A stretch of 64,000 bases of DNA from Chrysomallon squamiferum (Eukaryota > Animalia > Mollusca): positions 16,678,001-16,742,000 of the forward strand of contig CM022678.1 of assembly GCA_012295275.1 (NCBI GenBank), written 5' to 3'. Position 1 is the stretch's first letter; each line of letters begins with the position of its first letter. Below the pieces are notes generated by a model. That model saw only the letters and a program-made list of their open reading frames with translations, ran no database searches and had not been told where the DNA came from. Below, in pieces: positions 26,686 to 58,466 of the stretch. A program made the translations under genes and the position numbers.

Positions 26686-29600
26686 GCAGTAGTAAGTAGT
26701 AGTAGTATTTTTATGGTGATGATGATAATATTAATCAGAAGAATTTCAATATTTTTATGCTAATGTTTTGACGTATAAGTTACAAGATACAAAACTCTTA
26801 ATATTAACACCTAATGTTAAAGTGTGACGAGACGTCGTGAAAGAAATATTGATTGATTGCTTGAATGATTTTCTTAACTTCAGCAACCAGGCAGAGATAT
26901 TCCGACACGTCATTAGATGCTACGGGTGGAGTCCGTTGCCATAGCAATCCATCTCATCCCTCAGCTGCGGATGGCATAGTGATCACGTATGATGAAAATG
27001 ATGATGATAATGATAGTCATCATTATGAGTACATAGATGATTGCATGATATCAAGTCTTAATAATATCACAGGAATGCGAAATTGAAAACGAGACTTTCT
27101 ATGAAACACTTTCTATTATAAACCTCTAACATCTAAGGCTGTAAACAACGCGGACGATGTCGTGCCGCTTCTAGAGTGCGAGCAAGATGAAAGTGTTGAT
27201 ATTAAACATTTTCACACATATGTTTACAATATGAGTGTGATGAATTGTTTTCATCCTGAATTTCAGATAATGACTTGCTATTGGTTTTCTTCTCTTTTTC
27301 TTCTTAAATATTTGTTGTTATTGTTGTTGTAATTACTATTATTGTTTTCATTGTTATTATTATTATTATTGTTATTATTGTTATTATTTTCTTTTTATTG
27401 TTATTTATTGATTGATTAATTATTGATCGTTATATTTATTATAATAATTTGACAATATTTTTCCTTAAAAGAATGCATTTTCTGACTAATTAATTGATAT
27501 ATGTACTTATTTATTATCGTTTTAAAATTTGTATTATGCATAATTTATCAATGGACGTATCGAATTGAATTTTTATATATTCATGTATAATCACAGACAC
27601 ACAAATCTCAGCCGTACAAACATTAGAAATAAAAAAAATTAATTACGGTTCCTGTTTCAGTTTTTACAGAAAGTAAATTTATATTCTACCAACATAGCAG
27701 ACAAGATAGAACATTTTCTTAAAAACAGATACAGGAATATAAAGCCATGTAAGTACAAATGTGAACTATTATGTCGTTATTAATCCTGTCTCGCTTGTTC
27801 TTGTTTTTGGTTTGTTGTATTTTTGTTTACTTTTTGTTGTTGTTGTTGTTGCTGGTCTTTGAAATCCGAAAATTCTTTTCGACTATCTGAAAGACTGATA
27901 TCATAATGTATATATATATATTTTTTTTTTTTTGAAATAGTTTTTATTAAAGTTTACTCAAATTATATCCTAAGCATTTACACCTTTAATAAGAGTATTA
28001 TTCTTTTTTTTTCTTTTAAATTATTTGAAAAGATGATTACAACAGAGTGACGCTTGAGGTAATTCCTGGAATCCCAGCCTCAGATTATATCAACGCCAGT
28101 TTTATTGATGAAAGCTTATTTACTTATTTATTTATTTATTTATTTATTTTTATTTTTATTTTTTATTTATCTATTTACTTTCCTATTAATTTCTTCAATT
28201 TAATTTTAATTTTAATTTTTATTCATTACATATATTAATTTTCATATATTTGTTAACAAATAGATATATACATATACAGTTTATCAAACACACACATTCA
28301 TACATACACACAGCAACACATATTCATACATAAACACACACAGAAACACACACACAAATGCACGCACTTCCAATTATGATTTTTTATTTATTTACATATT
28401 TATATACATTTGAAATTCATTAATTATATTACTTTCAGTTCAGGGCTATCACAAAGCAAAGTGGTACATTGCAGCACAAGGTTTTCTCTGCCTGTCTCTG
28501 TATTTTGTCTCTGTCTCTGTCTCTATCTCTCTCTGTCTTCTCTCTCTGTTTATCTCACACTAACTCTCTTTCTCTGCCTGTCTCATTTGTGTCTCTAGTT
28601 TCTCTCTCTCTTTCTTATCTCATTCTTATCTCTCTATCTTTCTCTCTCATCTCCTTCTGTCTCTCTCTTCTCTTTATCTCACTGTCTCATGTATTAGAGT
28701 AATGATTCACAGAATCACAAGTAATAACATGGCTGTAACTAGACTGTTTTTGAAAGGAGGCTAAAACACTTAATCCCCGCATGGAGCTGGTCAGTAAGAT
28801 TTGGGGGAGGGGACTGGGGACCGCCTGACTCCCCCAGAAGCTCCAACTTGAAAGACGCAAAATCCTCGACTCTATCTATTTCCTGGCATCTTTTTCCTAG
28901 TGCAGTAACCATAACTTTTTATGATTTAATTTTCGTATTTTCTAATTTATCAGGAGTATTTCGAAATCCATGTACACAAGAAATGCATTAAACTAACACC
29001 AGTCGAATCAGTGGCAATTGCATTATTGTCCCTGGTAGCACTTAAGAATAAATATAACGGAATAGTGATTTATATTTTATATATTATAAATAAATAAAAT
29101 GTTTTACGAAGGTTTTACTTCTTTTACATCAAAGTTATTTCTTTTCACTATAACACTTTTGTAAATAAATTTAAAATACACGCGGATGGACACACACACA
29201 CACACACAATATTTGTAATTTGTAAATACATTTTTCTGATTTAAAAACTCCTTACAAAAATATGGGGTGATTTTGGGACCTTGGGACTAATGGTATTTCA
29301 ATTAATTTCATTTGGGAAAATTCATTTCATATACGTCATAACTGATTTACGAGCTCGGTCAAGGAACGAATTAAACTCGTAAGTCAACATACCACTGTAT
29401 TTCCAGTGGCTAGGACGTCTATTCTAAATATAGACAAGCGTGAGTGTAAAATACGGGTAACATGTCTATTTTTAGAACTTAGCTAATCCCGTGACCTACA
29501 AGGAAACTGAAACTGCAGGACATTATAGAATTTTAGTGGGAAAATATCAGTATCTTTTGTTTTATCTTCTTTTTTCTTCGTCTTAACATATTAAAACAGT

Positions 29601-29708
29601 GTGTTACGTATAGAAGAACAGATACTTGAAACTCGAATAACTTTCTGGCTCACGAATTTACAACAACATTGAGATAAACGATTCTTAATGACGGAAGTTG
29701 AATTAAAA

Positions 29709-41136
<11,428 letters not shown>

Positions 41137-41912
41137 GACAGTTATGTAACAGAAACTGACTGCAAATAGGAAAGAGAAAATTAAAAATAAATAATTAAAA
41201 ATGAATTTGCAGTCACACTTTTAGTTCTCTTTATGAACCTGAATATTTGCTTAATTCAGATGTGTAGAATTAAAAAGGAGAAAGTATTTTTACTGGAAAG
41301 AAACAGAAAGTAATAGATAGAATGACTTTAATTGGAATACAGAATGAAAAGAAACAATAATTTATTATTGAATTTTTGAATTCGGGGATATTTGAAACTT
41401 TTCTAACGAGAACGGAAAGTGCGAAGCCATTGTTAACTGAACGAAATTTGACTCCACAAGGACGAAGATGTTTCTATAATTAAGATGGCTGCTTCTTGTA
41501 AAGAATAAAGCGATTAATGCAAACAAACTAAAATCTAATCTAGGGCGATCATTACCATATTTTTTTATATATATATATTTTTGTGATGACATATTTTTAG
41601 CCTAAATAAAAATTGTTTTAATAATCAGTTGAAATATTTGAAGTTGTATAAAAGGTAAAACATATACTCAGAACTAAGGGAAATTTGTGTCCACAATAAA
41701 GATGGCTGATCCTGTAATGGATAAAGTGACGAATGTAAACAAACTGAAAACTAATCTTCATGTTACTCTCAGCTGTAGTGGAATCATGGGTAATATCTAG
41801 GACGGTCATTGCCATATTTGAAAAGAAGGATTTTTAAAAACATTTTATGACACTTATATTGTCTAAATATAATATGCTTAATGATGATTGAAATGTAAAA
41901 ATTGTGTGAGTG

Positions 41913-42005
<93 letters not shown>

Positions 42006-42296
42006 CTACAAAGCAATTAAATTTTGTAAAGACCATAACTAAATGAATGTTTACATTCAGGCAATTTCCAAAATTAGAAAGCAAAATATTTAAATTTTCT
42101 TTTTATACCAAATGCTATTTGCATGTGTATATCTGTATAAGTGTGTTTTGATGTTTTGATTTACATATCTATTTGATACAGGATCTGCTTTGAAAAGTAT
42201 ATTTTTGGTGATGGGAAACCTTAAAGTGTCAATTAATAATCTGATAAAACATTCAGATAACCTTTTCTTCTGTGCTAAACTAATAATAATAATAAT

Positions 42297-43043
42297 TTGA
42301 GTTGTGTGGTAGGTATCCTAAACACAGTAATAATAATAATAATTTGAGTTGTGTGGTAGGTATCCTAAACACAGTAATAATAATAATAATTTGAGTTGTG
42401 TGGTAGGTATCCTAAACACAGTAATAATAATAATAATTTGAGTTGTGTGGTAGGTATCCTAAACACAGTAATAATAATAATAATTTGAGTTGTGTGGTAG
42501 GTATCCTAAACACAGTAATAATAATAATAATTTGAGTTGTGTGGTAGGTATCCTAAACACAGTAATAATAATAATAATTTGAGTTGTGTGGTAGGTATCC
42601 TAAACACAGTAATAATAATAATAATTTGAGTTGTGTGGTAGGTATCCTAAACACAGTAATAATAATAATAATTTGAGTTGTGTGGTAGGTATCCTAAAAC
42701 ACAGTAATAATAATAATAATTTGAGTTGTGTGGTAGGTATCCTAAACACAGTAATAATAATAATAATTTGAGTTGTGTGGTAGGTATCCTAAACACAGTA
42801 ATAATAATAATAATTTGAGTTGTGTGGTAGGTATCCTAAAACACAGTAATAATAATAATAATTTGAGTTGTGTGGTAGGTATCCTAAACACAGTAATAAT
42901 AATAATAATTTGAGTTGTGTGGTAGGTATCCTAAACACAGTAATAATAATAATAATTTGAGTTGTGTGGTAGGTATCCTAAACACAGTAATAATAATAAT
43001 AATTTGAGTTGTGTGGTAGGTATCCTAAACACAGTAATAATAA
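42297..43043. repeat. 47-bp minisatellite, 16 copies
   Basis: Same unit as 8203-8571; two units carry an extra A. Confidence 0.95.
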
Positions 43044-45565
43044 CATTAACAAGAGCTGCTATAATAAACATTTTAAAATGAATTTAAGTTTTCTTATAAT
43101 TTTCTTCTTTTTTCATAGACATGAGTCTGTCATATAGAGTTGTTTGCAAAAATGGGTTTAACTCTCTCTTCCTATCTCTTTATCTCACTCTGTCTTTCCC
43201 TCTCTCTCTCTCTCGCTTTCTCTGTGTGTATTTTTTATGTATTTACATTTGTGTGTTTTCATATGTGTGTAGGTGTTTATGTGTATACAAGGTTCACACG
43301 TCTGTGTGTGTTTGTATGTGGTTGTGTGTGTGCGCTGAACATGCATAATTTTAAACATTGCAACAGCAGAGAAAAGTCCAGTCAAATTATGTCCTTACGA
43401 AGCAGATAACACAACAACAAAACTGAATATAGTAGAATCACATGAAACCCGAACATTGTAGTTACTAAAACAAATCTTAATATATAGAGACAGAGATAAA
43501 TGTTTTACTATACTTTAATTTCATTTAATTTATTTCATTTTATTAAGTTGTTGTTGTTTTTTTCTTTACTGAACTGTACTAATTTCTAAATTCACTTTCA
43601 AAAACATTTCATTTTAAGTAAAGAAAAAAATGTTACATTTATAATAATAATAATAATAATAATAAAGGAATAAAAGAATAAATAAATAAAATATTCATTT
43701 TCTACATTTTAGTAATCGTAAATATTTTATTCATACACTACCTACTACTTCATGGCTTTACTATATCCCCGAGAAACAAGGGACGTTACTCTAATACGAG
43801 TTTCCCAGCCTGAGCAGCTGAGAGAAAAATCTGGATTTTTAGTGTGAAAATATTGTGTTGTATTTTTTAATTATTAAAATAAATTAAATTTAAGAATAAT
43901 ATATTTGTCTTAGGTGATAATGACGTTATATGAGTCTCATAATCATAGTTTGTTCTCTCCACCCAGCAATGCCGGATACATAGCGATAGGTAGGCGAGGC
44001 TTTTCGACTTGGTTAGTCAGTAGCCTTATTCACTTTTATGTACATCGACAGCTAGTTTAAACACTCAAATTTATGTTAACTGTTTGAGCTATTAGAGCAA
44101 AGGTTAATACCTGTAAAATTTAGAATAGCAGGTTACTTCCAAATTACCGTTGCAAGATGGTTGCAATTAATTATTTATAATTCATTAATTTACGTTATCA
44201 ACTAAATTATATCAGGTATATTGTATACTCTTTATAACTAATTGTCTTCTGCATAGTTATCACTGTTGTTAAGTCCTTATACTCAACATTTCATTGTGTC
44301 ATTACGAAGTAGAGAAATATAAATTATTAAACGAGATTGAAGTGGAAACTAAAGTTGTCTTTTGACCAGTCAGACGTAAGAAATCGTCCCAAATATATAC
44401 TCAGTAAACAAACAAATCATGTATCAGTGTCAGGATTCATAGAATCACAAGTAATAACATGGCTGTAACTAGACTCTTTTTGAAAGGAGGCTAAAACACT
44501 TAATCCCTGCATGTAGCTGGTCAGTAAGATTTGGGGGAGGGGATTGGGGACCACCTGACTCCCCCAGAAGCTCCAACTTTAAAGACGCAAAATCCTCCAC
44601 TCTGTTTCCTGGCATCTTTTTCCTAGTGCAGTAATCATAACTTTTTATGATTTAATTTTCGTATTTTCTAGTTTACCAGGAGTATTTCGAAATCCATGTA
44701 CACAAGAAATGCACTAAACTAACACCAGTAGAATTAATGGTAATTGCATTAATGTCCCTGGTAGCAGTTAAGAATAAGTGTTTCGGAATAGAAATTTATA
44801 TTTTATATATTATAAATAAAATGTTATTTACAAAAAAATAAATAATCACATTTAGGTTGATCTTTGAGCTATTAAAGGAAAAGTTAATACCTTTAACATT
44901 TAAAACGGCGGGTTTTACTTCTTTTACATCAAAGTTATTTTATTTTGACTGTAACACTTTTGTAAATAAATTTAAAATACGCGGACAGACACACACGCAC
45001 ACACACAAACAAACACACACACACACACACACACACAATATTTCTAATTTGTAAATACATTTTTCAGATTTAAATACACGTTACAAAAATATGGGGTGGT
45101 TTTGGGGGTTTTGGATTAATGGTATTTCAATTAATTTCATTTTGGAAAATTCATTTCATATACGTCATAATTGATCTACGAGGTCGGTCACGGAACGAAT
45201 TAAACTCGTAAATCAACATACCACTGTATTTCCAGTGGCTAGGACACCTGTTCTAAATATAGACAAGCGTGGGTGTAAAATACGGGTAACATGTCTATTT
45301 TTAGAACTTAGCTATTCCCGTGACCTACCAGGAAACTGAAACTGCAGATATGTCCGAAGCGGCTATGAACGACACGACATTCTAGAATTTTAGTGGGAAA
45401 ATATCAGTATTTTTTGTTTTATCTTCTTTTTTCTTCGTATTAACATGTTAAGACAGTGTCTTATGTATAGAAGAGCAGAGACTGGAAACTCAAATAACTT
45501 TCTCGCTCACGAATTTACAAGAACATTGAGATACACGATTTGTAATGACGGAAGTTGAATTAAAA

Positions 45566-45608
45566 ATGTCCCCGGTAATAATTATACTGCTAGTTTTATC
45601 GCAGACAG
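45566..45608 (+). CDS. Copy D signal-peptide exon (MSPVIIILLVLSQT)
   Basis: ATG through AG|GTAAGT, 43 nt, homologous to 29709-29751. Confidence 0.8.
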
Positions 45609-48145
45609 GTAAGTGTGTTTGAATTCGTTAAAATTGTGCTTCAGTCTGCGCACGTGTGTTGTGTTTGTATGTGAGGTGTGTGACTGTGTGTGAGCGTAAG
45701 TGTATGCCCTTGTGTTTGTGTGTGTGCGCTCGTGCTTGTGCGTATGTGTGCGCGCGTGCTTGTGTGTGTGCGCGCGTGCTTGTGTGTACTGTGTGAGCGT
45801 GCTTGTGTGTGTGTGTGTGCGCGTGCTTGTGTTTCTTTCTGAATTATGTAAGAAACGTTTAATGCTTAGGCCACATAAAATAACTTAACTGATTTGTATT
45901 GTGTTGAAAATAACGAAATACGCTAATGAGAAAACTTGGACAAGAAAACGTTGGATTGAGATAATTAAATCGTAAACTTGGTAGTTAAGTATAAATCTAC
46001 ATTCCGCACAATTTATAATTATATATATATACATATATCAGATGTACATATATTAAGGTGCCGAGTGTAATTAAAAACTATAATATATATTAATATCAGT
46101 ATCTATATATTTATATATTTATATATACTTATATCTGATCATGAAAACACAATTATCGGTCATGAGGATTTAAAAAAAATAAATATAGCCGTAGAATTTA
46201 TTTCTCGCAATTTGTGTTCCTAAATTAAATAATTTAAATATATATAGTTTTTTTACTTGTTTTTCCTGTAATTTTTATATAATATTTTTTCTCCTTTTCG
46301 TGTTTTTTATTATTTTTATTTATATTTCTTTTATAGTGACAATAGCAACAAATATATATATATATATATATATATTGTATGTATAAGATATTCCAAAGGG
46401 CCTGTATCAGTAGCCCGTCATACTGATTTGAAATATTTATACCGACTTCTCAACGCTTTATTTAGTTTCTTCTTGATCTGCGATCTGAATAAAAACTGCA
46501 CCAATGTAAAATGTTCAGTCGTGTCTTTGTGATTACTGTATGAACGTGATCTCGTATTGCGAAACAGAGAGATTGATTTCAGTCAGATGTGTCTTCGGTA
46601 GCAGCCACCTCGTCATGGATCACATGTTATGTTTCAAACTTTTATTCTGATCGGGTTATTCAGCAAGCATTAGTCCACCAACCTATTTTCATAAATATAT
46701 TTTTTATAAAGAGCAATATTTTAAATGTAGTAAAACACAGAGAAATTGAAGCTTAAAACAACAACGCGGTCAAACACTTGTAGGAGCCTCTAAACACTCA
46801 CCCGCCTCCAAACATTCTCCCAGGTTATGTAGGTCTATACGTTTAAATATAATTCAACGCTTTCAATCGTAAAATTTAGTTGGTTTAAGCAAAATTTATT
46901 TTTGTTAATTGCAATCAAGGTCGTGTTAAACGTAGCGATTCGAGATTCGTTAACAATGAACTTAATCACAATCATTTGCATAGAAAGTTAAGAAGTCAGT
47001 TATGGAGTTCAAATAAAAGTTTATAACTTTTTAATTTTTATTTTTTATTTTTGTTTACACCGCATGAACATTTGTATTCTATTATTCACTTAATATGTCC
47101 ACTTTTCTATTTGTATAATAATCCTTCCTAAATCCTGCTTGAACTTCAAATAATAGATCAAATACAATTATTTAACACAGTGGTAAAAATAAATGTAATA
47201 GGTTTATAATCCTCTCCCACCAATTAAATCTTAACTAATGACGAAATATCGAAAGAAATAAGTAGTCATAAGACGTAATCACATATAGGATGAACCGTTT
47301 TACTGTAAACCAGAGGTCATTAACTTTGGCACTAGAGTCCATCAGTGGGCTTTATTCTGACTATTTGGGGCGCTTTGCCGTTTTTGGTAGATCGCAGAGG
47401 CCCTAAGCTATGTAAAGTCACTATAAAAAAATTAAAAAATTGATATGCCTTTCAATTATTTAATAGCAAATTTACAGATATCAAAATTTTTGAAATTTTG
47501 TATCAATTTTTATAGGGTTTCTCCTTAATGTGAACCACGATTTGTTTGATTTAAATCTTTCAGAGTTGTTGTTTCATATGTTTTCTCCTGTAGGATCTGT
47601 TATTAGCGAAAATTAAAAAAAAAAGAAGAAAAATCAAATTCGTAGAAATGTTTAAAAATCTAAAGTTTGAAAATACGACAAAAAGACGACTCTGTGCCCG
47701 GTAATTTCACATCTTTACATGAAATGTGGTGGAAATTCAAACCGCGATCTTTACACTACACGTGACACGCCGCACTGACTGACGGACTGAAGGATGACAA
47801 CGACGTAGGTAAACGACGGCATCAGTTCTGTAAAACATCAAATAATCTGACTGGATTTTCCTGAGGTAAAAATGAGTATAAAACGTAGTCTAATCCTGTG
47901 ATGCCTCCAGCCGTTTGTGATGTCTTAAGTTGTAGCAGATTTGTGAACACGTTCTTTCGTCATACGAAAAACTGTTAGATTTTTAATCATTAAATTTTCA
48001 TGAAGAATCCTTTTAAATGTTAATTAAATTGAAATAAATACTGTTTTAGTTTAATCCCTTAATTGTTAAATTATGGAGAGTTCGATGGGCTTCCAACTGT
48101 TCACTGTTTGAAAGTGGGTGATAGCTGAAAAACAACAACTATAAC

Positions 48146-48176
<31 letters not shown>

Positions 48177-48300
48177 AAAAAATAAACACCTTTAAAAATA
48201 AGAACAGTGATAATAACAATAACAAGAAAGCTAATAAATAAATAGAAAAACTTATAAATAAATATATATTTCTCACAACTTTATAAATAGATATACTGTG

Positions 48301-48379
<79 letters not shown>

Positions 48380-48613
48380 TATATATAAATTATGTATAAA
48401 TGTAAATATTTATGTAACCATGTTTGTCTATGTGCATATAATTTGTGAATTTTTACATATATATGTTTATATTTATGTTTATGAGCAAGTGTTTACAATA
48501 TGTGTTTTTTTGAATGTGTATATTTGTGGGGATGTCTATGTATGGATTTTGTTTGTATGTATAATTTTACATTATAAATAGTACTTGATATAATGTTTTG
48601 TCAACTTGTTTAG

Positions 48614-48721
48614 ATTCAGTTAAGAGTTTCACTTGTAAAGACAACGCAGAGCTATGTTCCCCTGACAACTGCGGGCCGGAAAACGAAATGGACTGTATGG
48701 AGACTTGTAACGTTTGTACAG
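48614..48721 (+). CDS. Copy D ShKT-like exon (DSVKSFTCKDNAELCSPDNCGPENEMDCMETCNVCT)
   Basis: 108 nt, tag/gt boundaries, six Cys in ShK spacing. Confidence 0.8.
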
Positions 48722-49386
48722 GTAAAGTTATCAGTGTTCCAGCATAGCATAGTCAAGAGAAGAAGAATAGATACACATTATAGTTAATATGTTAAGTAAC
48801 GATATACAGAATATTTGTTATGTTAATGTATCATATACATGTCAGATAGGATATATACCAGATAGAGACGGATATATTAGGAAGGATATGTATGCCGAAT
48901 ACAAGCAACTAGATACAATATTCAGAATTCCATAACAGTACACAGATTTCAGCAGAGATACAGAGGATACACAACAACACACATAGGAAAGCTATGTATT
49001 AGGCAGGATGCATACACTGGTTACCAGCTATGTTGAGATAGGCTACATAGACATGATACTTTGTATACCAGTATGAAACATATATTAGGTGGAATAGACA
49101 TGTAGAATGTACACATACAAGAAGCACACATCACATATAACTCTGTCACAAAATCATAAACATTTTTCATTTATTTTAATAAATATAACGATTGTTCTTG
49201 TTTCATACATACATTCACAGGCACACTATTTCACTTTCAGTAAGTTGATATAACTAATTTCTTTTACGCGTTCTCACAAACCTCGCATTTAATCTCTATA
49301 TCTCTTTTAATTTCTGTAAATGTGATGTTTGCACACAAAACAATCTCTAATTTTCAGTAGATTATTATGAGTAATTCTATTTTTAG

Positions 49387-50677
49387 AAAAGGGATGTTCT
49401 GAAGGTTATTACCATGGTGACGGCGACACGTGTTATTTCATGTTCTGCCAACGACACAAAACATTCACAAAATTACAAAGAGAAATGTAATACATTTTGT
49501 CCGAGTAACAAAACGCATGGCAAATACTGTGAAAAGAACTGTAGTGACAGTTGCTTGAACAGAATATGTCACAAATGGACGGGTGATTGTGAACGTTGTC
49601 CTTCTGGATTATCTGGACCACGTTGTCACCAGCACTGTAATAACACCGACGACAAAGGTGACTGCATCGGTGACTGTTTTTCTGGGTTTTTTGATCCAAA
49701 GTGTGACAGAGAGTGTCCAAACCAATGTAAACACAAAGTCTGCACGAAAACATCGGGAAACTGCATCGGTGACTGTCTTCCTGGTTCTTACGGTCCACAG
49801 TGCGAAGAAAAGTGTCCAGACGGATGTAAAGAGAAAGTCTGCCACAAAAACACAGGAAAGTGCTTACAATGCATTGAAGGGTTTTGGGGTGAAACTTGTC
49901 AGCTTAATTGTTCAGATAACTGTTTAAACAATTCCTGTAATAAAAACGGACAGTGCTCTCAAGGTTGCAAAGTTGGATTTTTCGGAATGAACTGTTTAGA
50001 GAAATGCAGCGCGAACTGTCTACATCAGCTATGTGATACAGAAAATGGATCGTGTACGGATGGCTGCAATTCTGCTAAATATTACTGAGACCGTTGTGAC
50101 AAAGACTGTCCTCATCGTTGTCTGAATTCTACATGTGATCGTAAAACCGGGAAATGTAAGAACGGATGCGACGGCACTAATATTTATGGAACATTTTGCA
50201 ACTATTCTTGTGGCTCGGAATGTCGACGTGTTCGGTGTGAAAATATCTCCGATTACGTTGAGTGCAGGGCGGTTTGCGTCAGCGGAAGAAAGGGAGAACA
50301 CTGCAGTGATTTCTGTCCTAGGAATTGTAAAGGATCATGTGATCAGCTTTCAGGACGATGTCTTCATGGCTGCCTCTCTGGTTACCATGGTATCTACTGC
50401 AACAAATTATGTCCTAGGAATTGTAACAGATCATGTCATCAGCTTTCAGGACGATGTCTTCATGGCTGCCTCTCTGGTTACCATGGTATCTACTGCAACA
50501 AATCATGCCCCGTTACCTGTCTGGGAAGTGCATGCCATCAAAACAACAGAACGTGTGTAGACGGATGTGTGAAGTCGTTCTATGGACCGACGTGCTCAAA
50601 TCGATGCAGTGACAACTGCGCTGTATGTGATGCTAATGACACCTGTATTCTGTCTTCAAATGATAGTCACGACGAAT
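49387..50677 (+). pseudogene. Copy D EGF-repeat exon with frameshift and nonsense codon
   Basis: ORF 49414-50088 carries the EGF repeats out of frame with the acceptor. Length 1291 = 1185 (copy C) + 1 + 3 + 96 + 6. Confidence 0.85.
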
Positions 50678-50835
50678 GTAAGTATTCAGTATACGTATAT
50701 ACATACATACATACATACTATTTTGATACCAGTTTCTGATTGGTTATCTATTGTGACAGTTATTTTCTGATTGGTTATCTATTGTGACAGTTATTTTCTG
50801 AATGGTTAACTACTGTGATAGCTATTATCTGATTG

Positions 50836-51061
50836 CTTCGTTATGTTCGGAACCGACTCGTTACGATCCGTTATGCTGGACACTCCCTTGTGTCCTGCAA
50901 TCGTAAGGAGAACCCACTCTCTTTCCTTACCCAAAACCCTTTTCTGCGACAGACACGCCCGCTGACCTGTCAGAAAGCTTGCCCGTCGTAGACGTGCTTC
51001 ACAACAACTTGCTCTGACTAGCACGTTATTTCTTGTTTCACTCAACTTCACTTCGTTATGT
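50836..51061. mobile_element. ~204-bp GC-richer insertion flanked by an 11-bp direct repeat
   Basis: cttcgttatgt at 50836-50846 and 51051-51061. Copy A shows one diverged site (ttcgctatatgcgtgg, 2041) with no insert. Confidence 0.55.
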
Positions 51062-51140
51062 ACGTGTCAGTGTAATACTTGATATTTTAATTAAATACTT
51101 ATATTTCTTCTTTTTTTCTTTTTTTTTTTCTTTTTTTCAG

Positions 51141-57033
<5,893 letters not shown>

Positions 57034-58020
57034 AAAAGAATAAATAGAAAATGAATTTGCAATCTCAATTAGTTTTCTTTTCACGAAGCTGAATATTTCC
57101 GTAGTCCATACGTCAGGAATTATAAAGGATGAAGTATCTACACTGGAAAGACACAGAAAGTTATAGAAGTGCATTGCTTATATTGGAATACAGAAAGAAA
57201 ATAACTAATCTGTTGTTGAATTTTTGAATTCAGGGATATTTGAATCTTTTATGATGAGAAAGAAAAATGCAAGGCAATTGTTAAGTGAGAACAATTTGTG
57301 TCCACAAGAAAGAAGACATTTCTATAATTAAGTTTGCTGCTGCTGTAATGGGTAAAGTGATTAATGCAAACAAACTAAAAACTAAATTAGGGCGGCCATT
57401 TTCAGATTTCTAAAAAGGAGAAATTTTAAGACATTAATGCGACGCATATTTTTAGCCTAAATAAAACTTGTTTTAGTAATCAGTTGTATAAAATGTACAA
57501 AAGATACTTAGAATTGAGAGAAATTTGTGTCCACAAGAAAGAAGATATATCTTTAATTAAGATGGCTGCTCCTGTAATGGATAATGTGACGAATGTAAAC
57601 AAACTGAAAACTAATCTTCATGTTACTCTCAGCTGTAGTGGAATCATGGGTAATATCTAGGACAGTCATTTCCATATTTGAAAAGAAGGAATTTTAAAAA
57701 CATTTTATGACATTTATATTAAGTCTGTATAAAATATGTTTAATGATGAGTGAAATGTAAGAAGTATATGTAAAAATTTGTTTGAAGGAAGGCCATTTGG
57801 AAAGTGAGAAAGCAAAACATTTAAATTATCTTTTTACAATGAATGCTCTTTATAACTATATTTAATTTTGAGTTTTTATGCCAGGGCATTTTCCTGAAAT
57901 GTCTGTGTGTGTTTCTAATGCTACTTTTATTTACATTAATATATTATTTAGGATCTGCTTTGTAAAGTATTTATCTGCTAATGGAAAATCGTAGAATCCA
58001 AATTTAAAATCATGTATTGT

Positions 58021-58064
<44 letters not shown>

Positions 58065-58329
58065 ATAATAATAATAATAATAACAATTTGAGTAGTGTAG
58101 TACGGATACTTAAAATATTTAAATAAAAGGGATTTTTCTGTTTTATACTACTAATAAAAATAATACTAAAAATAATAATAACAATTTATGTAGTGTAGTA
58201 GGGATACTTAAAATAATAATAACAACAGTTACAACAGCTGTCATAATAAAAGTTTTAAAATCAAATAAATGCTCTTCCTTATTCATAGCCAGGAGTCTGT
58301 CATTTAGAGATGTGTGCAAAAGTAATCTT

Positions 58330-58466
<137 letters not shown>

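Larger units (their letters stand above)
20897..28480 (+). pseudogene. Copy B: heavily deleted ShKT-EGF-PTP pseudogene
   Basis: Leader 20897-20939 (nearest intact one, across the N gap). ShKT 24392-24496. EGF 25345-~26155 with TAG at 25533 and a frameshift near 25730. No TM exon. Then 26326-26432, 26884-27266 (donor GT>AT), 27661-27748, 28033-28109 (donor GT>GA), 28444-28480. Catalytic exons are absent. Confidence 0.85.
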
